64,000 nt of DNA, taken from NCBI GenBank assembly GCA_964188305.1, contig OZ076886.1; one strand, given 5' to 3'. Shown here piece after piece: positions 1 through 13,533 of the stretch; the first letter of the stretch is position 1, and every line of letters starts with the position of its first letter. The stretch comes from Podarcis bocagei (Eukaryota). The translations under genes were made by a program, and so were the position numbers. The notes under the pieces are model-generated. The model worked only from the letters and a program-made list of their open reading frames with translations, ran no database searches and was not told the origin of the DNA.

Positions 1-3000
1 TTCGGCTATCTTGCTTGACTAATTCCTTGTTAGTTAATCTGCTCGACTCCAGCAAATTGGGATGGCTACACATCCAACGCAGTCAATCTTTCTAAGGAAC
101 CGTTTCTTTAATTATAGGCACCCGAGGTTTAAATAACTATATTCCTACTCCAAGGGAGAGCTCTAGGTGACAGAGTATGAATTAGAGCACACATTCCTCC
201 CTTGTGCTTGAAATGAGGAACAGCCTTGTAGGATGTTGTGGATAAATAGGCAAAATGGGAGCACTGAAATTGGCCAAAAGGAAAACTATATGGTCTCCTA
301 GAGCCCAGAGGCTATGCGATTTGCTCTCAGTTCTCAATGGTACAGTAATTTGAATGAGCTGTCCCCAAAGAATAAGGCTAACATATCTCATTTACATGAA
401 TATAGCTTGGGTGGATTCACACATGAGGCAAGGGGTAGCTGGGATTGCAAATCTTACTGCTTCTGGATTGTGCTTTTCACTTGCAGAAGCATTCATATAC
501 TTTCTCTTCACCAACTCTCCTTCATATGATCTGACATAGTGGGCAAGAGGACCCAGAAAAACACTGTGCTGTGGCTGGGACTATTGCCTTCCCTGTAGCT
601 CCCTGTGTTGTTTGAGCAGCCTAGCGTTACGCTTTTCCTACCGACTACTCTGCAGGTCTAGGAGAGGACCATTGCATTGTTCTTCTCCGTCAGAAATAGG
701 GAAGGGTGCCTTCACAACCCTCTGTGGGCAGTTTTGGACCTTTAGTGGAGGTTGCTCATTGGCTGTGAGTCCTGGAAGACCTGCTCCCTGGCCTTGCAGG
801 CCCCTGCCTGGTCTGGTGAGGTCCTGACTGACACCCAGTTGCAAAAGCTGAGGCTGCTGAACAGACTCTTGGGTTGGGGTATTTGTGTGTGGGGAGGGGG
901 GGGTGTTACTGTTGCTGATACTAATTTTTTGTGTCTCTATTTTTAGAGCTTCTTTTGATGTATGTGGAAATTGTTCAATTTGGTTGTGTACTTTTTCATG
1001 TGTTTTATTTATTACTGATGACTACTTCTGCTATATTTGTAATTATGTAATTTATTTCATGCTGTAAGCTGCTTTGAGCATGGTTTTCACTATGAAAAGG
1101 TGGCGATGAAAATAAAATGATGTATGTATGTATCTACGTACGCTCTATTTTCCTGCAAGTGTACGGGATCTCTGCTGCCCTCACTCATCTTTAGGTTCTT
1201 GGGATACCCATGCATAGACATCCTACTTAGAAACAAATAGTTTCTTTCCATAGATTGACAAAGAGGTGGGATTATAATTCCCAAAAAACCCAGGATTTTT
1301 TAAAAATGCAAAATTAATTCTAAGAATCTGCTGGTTTACACTCTTGTGTGCCACTAGTCAATATTCATGTGTCCCCTACACAACACCATGGGTCGTTAAA
1401 CTGACATTTGCTTCCTTGCTTTTTGCTACTAGCCCAGAAAATATACAGGGCTCCTGGGAATGTGGGTGTGCTAGAATCTCTGCGGGGTGCCTGCCTCTTT
1501 CCCGGCTTGGTCTGTGCCAGAGGAATGCTGACCTCTCGCCTATGTTTTCTGCAGTCCTAATTAGAAGTGATTGCTCTGCTGGGCTTCCTAATCCTGCATT
1601 CAGAATGTTCTACTAATAAATGAGAGACTGGCAGCAAAAGTCGTGGGGGGGGGGTTGTAGATATAGGGGTGCAGGACTCATTTCCTATAGAGAAGGAACC
1701 AGGGTCAGATGCTTTGGAATAATCATGGGGAGATAGACAAAAGGGCTCTGTCTGGGCTCTGAGCTCTCTCTGTGTTCACAGGCGGAAGCCACTGAGATTG
1801 TGGCTTTCTTGGTGCAAACCTGCAATCCTGGTGAGCCTCCAACATTGTGCGTGCAATCTGCACTATGTCCTGCACCGCCAACGTGGAGCAGCAGGATGTC
1901 AGCCCAATAAGCACCATGGACACGATTGCAGGAGCCGCTTAAGCGTGGAGTTGCCTCGTACTGCACCATTTCTTTGTCAAGACAAACGGCTCATCAGGCA
2001 CCTGCTTTTTTTGACTGCGGAAGAAGCGTGTCAAATCACGATGGCACAACATTTCTGCTGACTCAGGGGTTTTAAAAATATATAGTTAAGTTGTGATAAA
2101 CTGCAGGAAACAATAGCTCGGAAGAAGGTGCAAGGATCGTAAAGCCCACAGACAGCTCCTCACTTTTCATGTAGCCAGATTTTCTCCTTTCTAACCATTA
2201 GAAATGTTCCTCTTCTACTCAGTTGGGAATAAAATGAAACTCTCAAGCACCCTTGCTCTCATTCTGTATGAAAGAACACAGATAATAGCATAGGAAAGAT
2301 GATCATGGGTTGGCAATGTGTTTGTTTTTAGCGCTACTTCTGGATTGGATTTGCAGCCCTCTGCCTGTAAGAATTGTTCTGCTTGATGGTGCTAAAGATC
2401 TGTCTGTCGTGGAGGCAATGTACTGGGGCAACAGGGGCCAGATACCACCATAAAGTTCACAAATAAGAGCACAATGGGTTCAACCACCCCATTTTTTTCC
2501 AGCTTCTCGTAATCAGTTATACTGCCTTTGGACATTGAAGTTCCATTCTTCGTTATTATGTCTGATAGCCATTGACAGACCTTCCTCCACAACCTTGCCT
2601 AATCCTCCTGGGGGAGTAGGTGGGTGCAAAAATCTAAACATCCTGTGCTAATGGATTCCATAAGCCAATTACACATTTGCGTGAATAAGTAGTTTGTTCC
2701 ATTTTTCCTGTATTTTTTGCCTGCCAGTTTCACCAAATCCGTGGGGAGCCACTGTATTTTCTATAAATGATTCACTATTTCCCCACTGTAGCTTAACTCA
2801 CTGCTATCCTGCCCTCAAATTTTCTCCCTGATAATGTGTAACAGAAGTTCCTTGGGATCTCCGCCTTCCTTTTTCCACCAGTAGCCTATACATCAGGGGA
2901 CATCAGCAGCAGATGCTTCTTTCAGCTGATCATTGTTCCCCTGTCTCAAGTGATTATCAATAAATGACCGTTTTGGACCGAGGTCCCTATTTTGAATAAC

Positions 3001-3677
3001 ATCTGCTGGACAGATGCTTGGGCACAAATTTGGAGTGCCTCTCAAATGAAAGCCAGATATAAACTGAAGCAGGTTAGCATGAGGTCCTTCTATGAGGTCC
3101 TACCCCCCAGTTGGCATAATCTTCACTTGTAGTTTGTTCTGAATGAGGTATTTTATCTCAAGCAGCAGATATTGAGGTACTATAAAGAATAGGAATAGCT
3201 GTTTGAGTTCATTTACACAAAAAATTGTGCCCCTCAATAACACTCAAGTATGGCAGTAGTTACCGCCTGCTGCCTCCGCATTTATTCTTCACTAATGTAT
3301 GTAGGAGATAGCCACTGTGTCAAAATCTGAGTGGACCAATATTTGTGTTTCCCATCACCTTCATTAAAGCTGCTGTTCCTCAGGCAGTCAAACTGGGACA
3401 ATGAGGCCTGCGTCTTCTGCCTTTCCTAACTCTTTGTCTTGTGAACCTAGAAGAATAACTTTTATTTTGTACTGTGTATCTCTGTGTGGCAGGAATTTGC
3501 CAGAGGACAATGTTTTTACTCTGGAAGGAAATTCCTTATTTATTATATGTATTTGGGGCAGTTTAATTACACTTGCTGCTCTGACATTGCTCTGGTTCGT
3601 AGGCTAAGCTGGTAAAGATGTGTTGATTTCCTGGCTAAGGGCAGAGAGGCCTAAGTGCTTCCACACCAGCCTTTTTA

Positions 3678-3678
3678 A

Positions 3679-3725
<47 letters not shown>

Positions 3726-3726
3726 A
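3678..3726. repeat. (AAAT)n microsatellite
   Basis: Directly visible. Confidence 0.95.
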
Positions 3727-6700
3727 TATTATTCTTTTTTTCCTACACCAGACTTTTTATCCAGTGTTGCTCATTCATCTCTGAGACTCCAGATGACATT
3801 CCTTCCAAACCATTGCATTCCTATCTCTCTCCCCTATTTGTTTTTTTTTTTTTTAAATGGCATTAATATAGCCTTTGTTTGTTATATTTCTTTCCTCCTA
3901 AACATCGTAGACTCCACGTTATCCACTTGAAGCTCACAATTATCCAAACTGCTTTGTCAGTCTTTATATTCTAAAAAAAGGGGTGGGGAATCTCAGACCT
4001 GGGGGCTGAATGGAACACCCCAAGCCAGGCCACACACCCTCCCCGGCCATATCTCCTATGAGTCCTTATTTGAATCTTCCTTGGGTGTTTTTGCTGGCCT
4101 GGAATGTGTTCTTGAGTTCCGATAATGCTTCTTGGTTGCATAGATGGCAAGATGACGGAGGTGTGTGAGTGTGTGTTGGAAAAAGGCCCTGCTGTACAAA
4201 GGTAACATTTACCTTCATTACTCCACCCACCTTTTCCTCTGGAAGGATGCTCAGCAGGTTCCTCACCCCTGTTCTAATACAGCTTAAATAAAATTTGGAT
4301 CCCCATTTTCTGCACCTAAGATAAGCTAAATGTTCCCTGCTCATTTTGTTATATGTAGCAGGTACTGGTATCTTCTTCCCCTCCCACCATGAAAATGTGA
4401 TTCAGAAGTATCCTTACAGACCATGAGTTTGTAAAAAAACCACTTCTTTTCTCAGTCCCTTAACCAACAGAACTCCTATTAGCAGAAGACTCAAATCCTT
4501 TGTAAGAGGCAGTCCTAAGATTATTGGCAGCTCTTGCAATCGGACTCTTTCAGTGTATATGGGAGTCCCTGCATGGGGTGTGTTGAGTGAGCTCACTGAG
4601 CGGGGAGCAGATGGAACCAACTAGCAGTGCCCCAAAAGTCAGCTCACACCCTTCTGGACATACCTTGATATCTGTGAATCCAGTTGAACATGTGAAGCCC
4701 CACACCCCTCAAAAAAAGTGTGTGTGTGTTGAGGAGCTTCTTCAGTCAGAAGAACCCTGCACCAACTGATTGGAAAGCACGGCCAGATGGATGTGCTGAT
4801 GTTGGTGATGCGGCTAGTTTTTGTCTGTTTGTTTTGTGGGGAAAGAGCTTTACTTCTCTTCCTATTGGTGTGACCCTGGGAAAAGTAGGAAGGCAGATGG
4901 TTTCAAGGCTTCCAACCTCATAGGCATTTCTGTTACAGGTCATCATCTGTGGCTGTAGGTTGGAGACTATAGGTGAAAGTGCCCCTCGTCTTCCCCTAGG
5001 AAAAGGACTTGTCTTATCCTCATTCCAAGCTTTCGGAGGGAGCTTGCCCCCTCTTGCTCGCTGGCTCGTGGCCAAATGAGATTTTTTAAAACGCCTGCTG
5101 CTTCCCTCATACCCAGGACATGTTATTAGCACATTTCATCCTTACATTATTATAGTTGGATGTAGTGTGTGTTGTCTGTGGTGGCATTCTCTCCAGTATA
5201 TGCCATAGGACTCCTTTCATTATTTATTAATGCATTGTTTATTATTACATCCACCTTTCCTTGAAGGTAGTCAAGGTGGGGTGCATAGTTTATTTATTTC
5301 CATTACGTCCTCAAAACAGTCCTGCAACCTGGGTCAAGCTGGGAGAGTGCCTGATCACCCAGTGAGCTTCCTAGCTGAGTGGGAAAATGAACCTAAGTTT
5401 CTCAGGTCCTGTTTGTTATTACTTTGATGGCTGTATGACACATTTCACTTGGAAACAGAAAATCCATATAAGAGAAATCCAATTTAGCCCCACATGTCAG
5501 GGAATTCAGCAAGCTAGGGGAGAAGCTAAATTTGGGATATAAGCAATCAGTATTGGGGGTGTATTTTAGTTAAGAGGTTCAACCATTATGCCATACTGTG
5601 GGGTTTTGTTTTGTTTTGTCCTGGATGCTGGCTCTGAGAGTACCATTGCCTTGGTTGGTGGCTATGAAGATAGTCAGCTAAGAGGAGGAATTTGAGGAGA
5701 GGATTATGATGGCACTGCCACATGATAATAATGCTGGGGTCCTCCCTGCCACAACATAGCCTCTGTGGATTTAATGATGCTTTCAGACACCCCCATTGGC
5801 AGGATTGGATTAGATGACCCCTGGGGTCCCTTCCAACCCTACAGTTCTATGATTCTTTTTATTTATTTAATTGCAAGCTTTGGGGGGGGGGGGTTGGTTG
5901 CCTGTTTTGGGAGAGTGCCTACCTTTTTTGTCTGCAATTTTTTTGGTTTTTGCAGGGAAATGGTATAGGTGTTTTGCCTGTTTTGCCTGGGGTGCATTCT
6001 AAGAAACAGATATTTCATGGTTTCTGTAACAGATTTTCAGATGCAGCCCCCAATCTCAAAAAGATTGGGGACTCGCACAGCTGGGCCCAGGAGGTTTCAG
6101 GGCAAGAGTGCTAAAGTTGTAGAGAGGAATACAGTGCCAGATGCCTGTGCGTGTGTCTGTCTTTATAATTTCGCAGGGAAACTCACTTGTCAAAGGCCCT
6201 CCTGCTTTTCAGCGTTGTTCTTTGTGTAACCTCGTTTCTTACATTCTAGTCAGTGACACTCACGTTCCATTACACTGAAGTGTGTTCTCCATTCTGGGGT
6301 TGCCATATGGCAGGCTGTAAACCAATTAGTCCCTCTCTTTTGGCTGCCTGGCTTGGCTTGTTTGCTTCTTTAGCTCTGCTTCAGTGTTATGCCATGGGCA
6401 ATCCTAATTATTTCAAATGGAAAAGTTAACACAGGCATTGGCAACCTCAGGTCTGTTTTCATCCCTCTGTGCTTAGGCCTTAAGAGGCTGCCATGGTGTG
6501 CTGGCAAGTGTGTTTGTTCTGCGCAACACGTGGCTTTTTCAGCGTAGGCCTGTACACTATATAACACTTCTAGGCCCTTTGCCCATACATATCCCTTAAT
6601 GATGTTCAGTTTCTAGCCTATTGGCATCCTTTCTACAGGCTTTTAATCAACTTGTCGTCCCCCCCCCCCCCAATGCCCTGGACTTTCTTCCATGCCTTTT

Positions 6701-7569
6701 CTGGATTCTTGAGCTTAGTCTCACTTTGCCTCCTCAGCCTAGACCAGGCCCCTGACATGGCTCCAACACTAAGCCTCCTGACTCATTCAGTCCCCCTGCC
6801 CAACAGGTGGTTCCTCCTGATAGGTTTCCTTTTGGCTTTACAACTGGCCTAGTGTTTCCTTGGAGTTTTGTCCTTTGCTCTGTTAACTGTGTCGCTGCTT
6901 TGGGGATAACCTGCATCTGCTGTCCTTTGGGAATGGGCTCCCCCCCCCACCATGCCACAGCTGTTCATCTGAGGAACAAGTCTCCCTTTCTTTGACAGCC
7001 ATCCTGTGTAAAATGTATGCTACAATCCTACCGCTGTAGTCTTCTTGCTGCTGTTCGCAGAATTTTGATTTCCTTTTTATTCCCTGGTAGCTTATTTTTA
7101 CAGAAGAACTGACCTCGGCTGCACCCACTTTGCCAGCTGAATTCTGTGAGCGATTCCCACAATTGCTAAAACTGTGATAAAGCTCCTCTCATTCCTGTCT
7201 TCTCCTCCTCCCCCTAACTGTGCCGTGATATGACTTTTAAATAGTTGGAAGGCAATTTGAGTCACACATTCACCGCCTTTTCATGCCTTGCGATAAGCTT
7301 CGCCTATGCTGGCCATGATGGCTAAGGTTTGGCCAGCTTCACTTTACTTGGTTCCATTGTCAAGGCACAACCCTCCATGTTGTGGTCAATCCAACTGTAT
7401 ATATATATGTTTGTGTGTGTGTTGTATTCTGTTTGGTCTGGTTTAACTCTGCCAGCTACGGTGCTTCAAATATCGAGGGGGAAAGTTTCAATTAATGAAA
7501 TCCATAACCCCACCTCAGATTTCTCTCCAATTTACAGTCAAATCATTGCTCCCTCACAGCTGTCTAAAC

Positions 7570-7858
7570 TAGGATTGCCATATTTCAAAATGTGAAAATC
7601 CAGACTGAAAAGTTGTTGAATTTTTGTGGGGGGTTTTGGGCCAAAGTTGTTGAGCATATTTTGCAAAATCTTAAATAAAATAAAAATAATTGAAGTTTTT
7701 GAGCTATTTTTAAGGAAAATTGACAAAAACGACAATGCCGAAAGGGGTTGCCATACGTCTGGATTTTCCCAGACATTTCAGCGATTTCCATCGGGACACT
7801 GCTTCTAATGGCCGATTGCCGGCTATGTCTGGGAAATTCCAGATGTACGGCAACCCTA
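7570..7858. mobile_element. hAT-type non-autonomous element (MITE)
   Basis: Termini TAGGATTGCC / GGCAACCCTA; perfect 8-bp target-site duplication GTCTAAAC at 7562-7569 and 7859-7866. Confidence 0.88.
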
Positions 7859-10270
7859 GTCTAAACTGGCCTGAAAGGTAAAGTGGGCCAGGCCAGCCCC
7901 CCTGGTCTGCCACTCAGTGAATAGCTTGTCATTCCTGTAATTCACTCACTAGGCCTTCCAAGGAAGTGAATTTCATATTCCATTTTTGTCTGGTCTGAGA
8001 ATATGAGCAAATTTGATGTTAATGTACTTTGTCATCTGGCAGAGGTGTGATAGTGCGATTCCAGCGCATGATGATTATCATGACTTGCCCAGTTCTGCTT
8101 GGCCCAGGGCTGTGGAGGCAGACAGGTCTGATCTGCTTGGCATTTTAGGCTTCAGAAAGAGGCCAGAAAATTCTCTTGTCCGCTGTACTGCAGTGTAACT
8201 GATGCTTGCATAAGGGCATATGGCTAGGCTTGAGGCGCTCTGTGTTGGGGCTAGCGTAGAAACCACACAACTGGTGCCATTTTGGATTGTTTGGTATGCT
8301 GAACAAAGGATCAAGGAATTTATAAACCACACACAAACAAAGCAGTGAAGAAAGAGCATGTTCTAATTTTGTGCCGTTTCTCTGTATTAAATACTTGATG
8401 CAACAAAATTGTTTTATCTGTTAGATAGCTAGAATGTGTTTTATACAAGAGACTGTTTAGATTGCTCTGCTGAATGCTTTCTTAGAAAAGAACATTCTGC
8501 CCAGATTAGCAGAGGAAGCTCAGGACACAGATTGGAACAGAGAAGTCTTGGGCCTTAATGCAGTTATTTCCCTGAGGCTTGTGTTTATTTTCAGGTGTCT
8601 CGATGGCTGTAATAACTTGTTGGTGGCAGCTGTTAAGAAGCATTCCTTGCTAGTAAACTGGAGACTGCACAGCAGCCTTCCCCAACCTGGTGCTGTCTAG
8701 ATATTTTTGACTGCAACTCCAATTAGCCCAGTTGATGTCAGGGGTGCCAGGAGTTGCTGTCGGATTGGGAATGGCTATTGTGCATGCTTAGGCTGAGTGT
8801 TTTACTCCTGTACAAAGGCACCAAGGAGTCTAAAGAAAGGGAAAACTAGAGCAAACTCCTTGGATGCCTGAAGTCAGGAGGCCAGGCTCAATGCAGAAGA
8901 ATTAGTCATGAGTCTTTCCTTCTTGTGGAATCCGAAAAAGGATCTGGCCAGGGCCTAGAAAATCCTCAGTGTCTGGTTACCTTGGATCTTTTCATGTTGG
9001 CACCCAGGAATTTGCTTGGGTTTTAATTTCTGAGAATGGAACAAACCTGTTTTAAAATACGCTGTGTAAGTGCAAATGATGTGTAGACCCAGTCATAATT
9101 GTAGGTACAGTCAGGAGATCTTTGTCTTGTTCCTATATCTCTTGGAGGCTACAAAGAGAATAAAAGGTAACAGTACAGTACACTGAGTCTTCACTCAGTT
9201 TTCTATCTGTCTTTAAAACTTCCCTGAACAAGTCCAAAGAGACAAATATCTCTGTATAATTGCACTGGCGCCTCTCATAAAGCCTCATGTCTTATATGTC
9301 TTTGGCAGGACTGAGATGCACTCTAGGCTGAGGTACGCATATACAGGCCTATACTTGTGTTTTGTAAGGACTTGGTTTGTTGTAGGCAAAACATGTGTGG
9401 ATATTGCTCAGGGCAATGGTATTAGTAGTATACCAGAGGTTTTGTAGAATTCGTGTGGCTCCTAGTTGACAATGATAAAGCTGAACCAGAGTTCAAATCC
9501 CTGCTTTGCCATTACCATTGCTCAGTGAGCATTAGACATCTCACAATCTGTTAGTACTTTAACCTGCTAACTGGGAAGAATATTTGAAGACAGGTAATGA
9601 AGATTGTAAAGCATAATCTTTACACATTGATACTTGCATATAGCTAGTGCTGTTTTGTTAGAGCTATGTACTTCTTGCAGGACCAATTTGAACAATAAAA
9701 TACCAAAAGGCAGGGCTGAGTTTGTTTTGCATCGGTGGAAGTTTGCTGTGCAAATTAGAGTTACAGTAGCGCAAAGCAAATCCAAGAACTTGGCTCTCAG
9801 ATCCACCAAGTTTTGCAAAAGCGAATTTTCTGTAGCTCAACTTAGCTGAGGTCTTGAAATTCCCATGGTTAAGTTCATACTGAGTGAGGGAAGTAAACGT
9901 CAGACTGAGTCCACTGCTAATACTTTCACAACTGCTAATTCTTGTGCTTTGGCTAGCATTTCTTTTCTTTGGTTGAGGATAGTAGCCCAGCCTGGTAAAC
10001 CGGATCATGAATCTTAAAGGGTTTAAACTGGGTAAACAGTTCAGTGTTAAATGAGGGTAAACAAACTGCTGGGAACAACCTCTTGCACTAATGGGATTAG
10101 CTCCCCTGAAGGCCAGGCTCGTCACAGGTGACTGCATTTTTAAGCTTTAGGACTTTTATAGAGAATGCGTGGGGAAGGCAGTAGACATGAGAGACGTTTC
10201 CAGCACAATCCTGTATATGCTTACTCGGAAGTAGTCCCCACTGGCAATTACAGAAGAGGAAAAAGAGGTA

Positions 10271-10512
10271 CAGTGGTACCTCGGGTTAAAGACTCTTCAG
10301 GTTACAGACACTTCAGGTTACAGACTCCACTAACCCAGAAATAGTACCTCGGGTTAAGAACTTTGCTTCAGGATGAGAACAGAAATTGCGTGGCAGCAGC
10401 GTGGTGGCAGCAGGAGGCCCCATTAGCTAAAGTGGTGCTTCAGGTTAAGAACAGTTTTAGGTTAAGAATGGACCTCCAGAACGAATTAAGTTCTTAACCC
10501 GAGGTACCACTG
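10271..10512. mobile_element. Tc1/mariner (pogo/Tigger-like) MITE, 242 bp
   Basis: TIR CAGTGGTACCTCGGGTTAA at both ends, TA on both flanks; reverse-complement sister copy at 37350-37591. Confidence 0.9.
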
Positions 10513-10574
10513 TACTTAAAAATCTAAAGGTAGGTTTTTCAACAGTATTTTATAAAACATTTAAAGATTTAATG

Positions 10575-10672
10575 GTCCCATATATATGTCTAAACTGTAC
10601 AATGATACCTTAGCTGGAGGTTTATTGCCACCAACCTGGAAACTATCAAGAATTGTATTAATTCCCAAACCT
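10575..10672 (+). mobile_element. Small L1/Tx1-like LINE ORF2 fragment
   Basis: Translates SKLYNDTLAGGLLPPTWKLSRIVLIPKP, resembling the LP..W....I.LIPKP motif that precedes L1-clade RT. Confidence 0.55.
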
Positions 10673-10679
10673 TATAAGC

Positions 10680-11000
10680 TAAAGGACCCCTGGACAGTTA
10701 AGTCGAGTCAAATTTGTCTACATGATGTGGCACTCACCTCTGCTTTCAGGCCGAGGGAGCCAGCGTTTGTCCACAGACAGCTTTCTGGGTCATGTGGCCA
10801 GCATGACTAAACCGCTTCTAGCGCAATGGGACACCATGACAGAAACCAGAGTGCACAGAAACGCCGTTTACCTGCCTGCCACAGCAGTACCTATTTATCT
10901 ACTCCCACTGGTATGCTTTCAAACTGCTAGGTTGGCAGGAGCTGGGACAGAGCAATAGGAGCTCACCCTGCCATGAGGACTGCCAACCTTACGATTAGGA
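10680..11000 (-). mobile_element. Sauria-type SINE
   Basis: Recognised body motifs ggccgagggagccagcg, gggtcatgtggccagcatgact, aaacgccgtttacc, gtacctatttatctact, tgctttcaaactgctaggttggcaggagctggga. The 5' boundary is approximate. Confidence 0.8.
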
Positions 11001-13533
11001 TCGCCCAACAGTTGAGTAGAGAACTGTCATGGACTGGCTGGATGCAGAGTAGTAATGGGAAGCTCCAGCTGGGGAACCCCCAGAGAAGAAGAAGGGGATT
11101 GGTGATGAGATGACGATGAGTGGTCAGAGGGAGAAAAGAGAGCAGACTGGAAGGAAGAGGTGTCAAGCTGAAGAAGCAACAGGGTTTGGTGAGCAGGAAG
11201 AGGCTGGGGCAGATAACATTCTAGAATCAGAGGCAGGAAGGGGGTGGGCAGGAGACAGAGATTATGCAGAAGAATCCAAGGAGTCTCCCTCCCCTTCCCC
11301 CTGGTCTCTCAGAACAGTCAGAGAAACGAAGAAGGTGGAACAAAGAGAGACAAGATGAAGGAGCCTTAGGCTGCTGGGGAAGTAATGTCCATTACTTTAG
11401 TGGGTCTGCTCTGAGTAGAAATAACATTGCATCCAACCCATAAAGTTTGAATTGGTGCCAAAGAATTGGATGAATGGAAATTAAGATTCATGAGATCACG
11501 TTAATAATTATTTGTATCCCTCCCTCTTCTCTCACTGAGGGAGATATACTTTTCTATCCAGTATACTGATGGATGGCACATGAAACTGTATAAGGCTTGC
11601 CCCATGTGTAAGAGTTCATGCTCCTCGAGTTTCAACCAGGTTAGTAAACCACTCCTCACCTTTCTTGGTTGAGGCTTCAATCCGAAACTCACTCACTATT
11701 GCATTTCTGTTGAACTCCATAGAATTTATTTCTCAGAGTAAACATGCTTAGGGTTGAATTGTAAATGTAGCTGTGTGTAATCTGGTAATAAATTGACTGC
11801 TGTTACAGTAAAAGCCAAAGAACCACTGGTTTAAATATAGAATACATTATGTTATGCAATATGGCCAATTGGTGTCTCTCTTGTTCAGCATTCAAGGAAT
11901 AGAACATTATTTACCTAATAAAGAGGTATGAAGCAACCTTGCCACTCCCCCCCCCCCCCAGGAATCTGTATTGGCTTTCTTTGTAACACTGATGGGAGTT
12001 CCTCAAGAAGGAAAGAGAAGGTGAATCTTGTGTCTAAGACGTTACCCTGTTAGGCATTTTTTACATGGTCTTAGCAATCCACACTTTCATTTTTTTAACA
12101 GATATATGCACAGCAGATCTAAGAGGGCTTATGTACTAATAAAACTGTTACATACGTATGAAGTAAATGTGTGCTTTTTAACCATGTGTATCTTACAGGT
12201 ACATGCACCAGGGCACTGTGGTTTGCCACAGCTTTGTCACATGTACGCATTGTAGCAAATACATCTTTGGCTGCATAGCATATAAGGTTGCCAGTTTTAC
12301 ACTTTCATTTCTTTGTGCCTCTGTACCTATCCCATCCTATGAACTTGTGCACAAAAACAAATTAACACAACTAGGCAATAGGGTCCTAGTACTAGGGCCT
12401 TCAAGGCCAGCACTAGATTCTAGCACCACCAGCAGTGCAGCATAGGCAAACAGTTACATGTCTTGGATAGGGAGGTGGGTTTGATGGCATTCTGCTGCCT
12501 GTCAGGCCCATTGGAGTCTCTTGTTACGTTGAGATCATGGATGAATTGGGAGTGGCTGGTGGTTTTACTCAATTTGACAATCAAAGGCTCATGCCAGTCA
12601 TGGCAGCTTGCATATCTGTCACCACAGCAGATAAACAGGATTAGTCTATTCTGAGTGCAGCTAGTGTGTGTTTGTTATCTCACTTGCATATGTTTATAGT
12701 CCAAGCACAACAATTTTTTATACACACACACACACACACACCCCTCTCTTTTGGGGGTCTCAAGATGCTGCTGTAGTGCTAATAATAGCTCAGTGACAGC
12801 TGCTGTGTGAAGGCATAAAAATCCTAGACACAATTCTGTTCTATCTCTCTCTCCTTGTAGACTGAGCTAGGAGAGTATTCAAGCAAGATATAATCTGACC
12901 TGCAAAGGCATGCTGCATGCTCTATAATGGAGCATATTTTGGGGTGTTTTGGCTTTAGTGACTGACTGACTCAGCTATGTGCAAATAACTCTTGGTGAGA
13001 GTTGTCCATCCCTTGGGATGGCCAGAGAAGCCTTGGTTGGCTGCTTTATGCTGCAGCGCACTTCTTTTCAATGCTGCTTGCTCCTATCATACTTTTGCTA
13101 TCTCTGGTATTTGCCTTTGTCTTAGTTGATCTCCTTTAGCTAATTTTGTTTTATTGATCTAAAATGAGAAAGCACATAGGGCAATAAAAAGTCTCCAAAA
13201 ATAAGGATGAATCAGTTGTGGAAAAGCTCTTGCAGACCAAGCATTATCCAAAGCTCAAAAAAGGCACTCCCTTTGATTTCAAGTTTCTGGAATGAATAGT
13301 GTGTAAATTCTCCCTTCTGTTTTCATGTTTATGGAGTCCCAATCCAAAGACTGCTCTGGGTACCGACACCACCCCCTCTTAATACTTGCCCATTTGCTTA
13401 CATGCTAATCTAACTTGGGTAACTGCTGCCAACCCACCCCTCTGTACATCTAGACAGATATGGTCTCCTGGACCATAACAGCCATGTAGTACATGCACAC
13501 CTTGCTTGCTTAATTCACATGACTTTCCAACTA

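Noticed and set aside
11025-11380. Acidic 82-aa ORF 11110..11358 as a missing PODXL2 Glu-rich exon
   Set aside because: No convincing splice sites or homology, lies before exon 2, and the purine-rich segment looks like an unclassified repeat relic.
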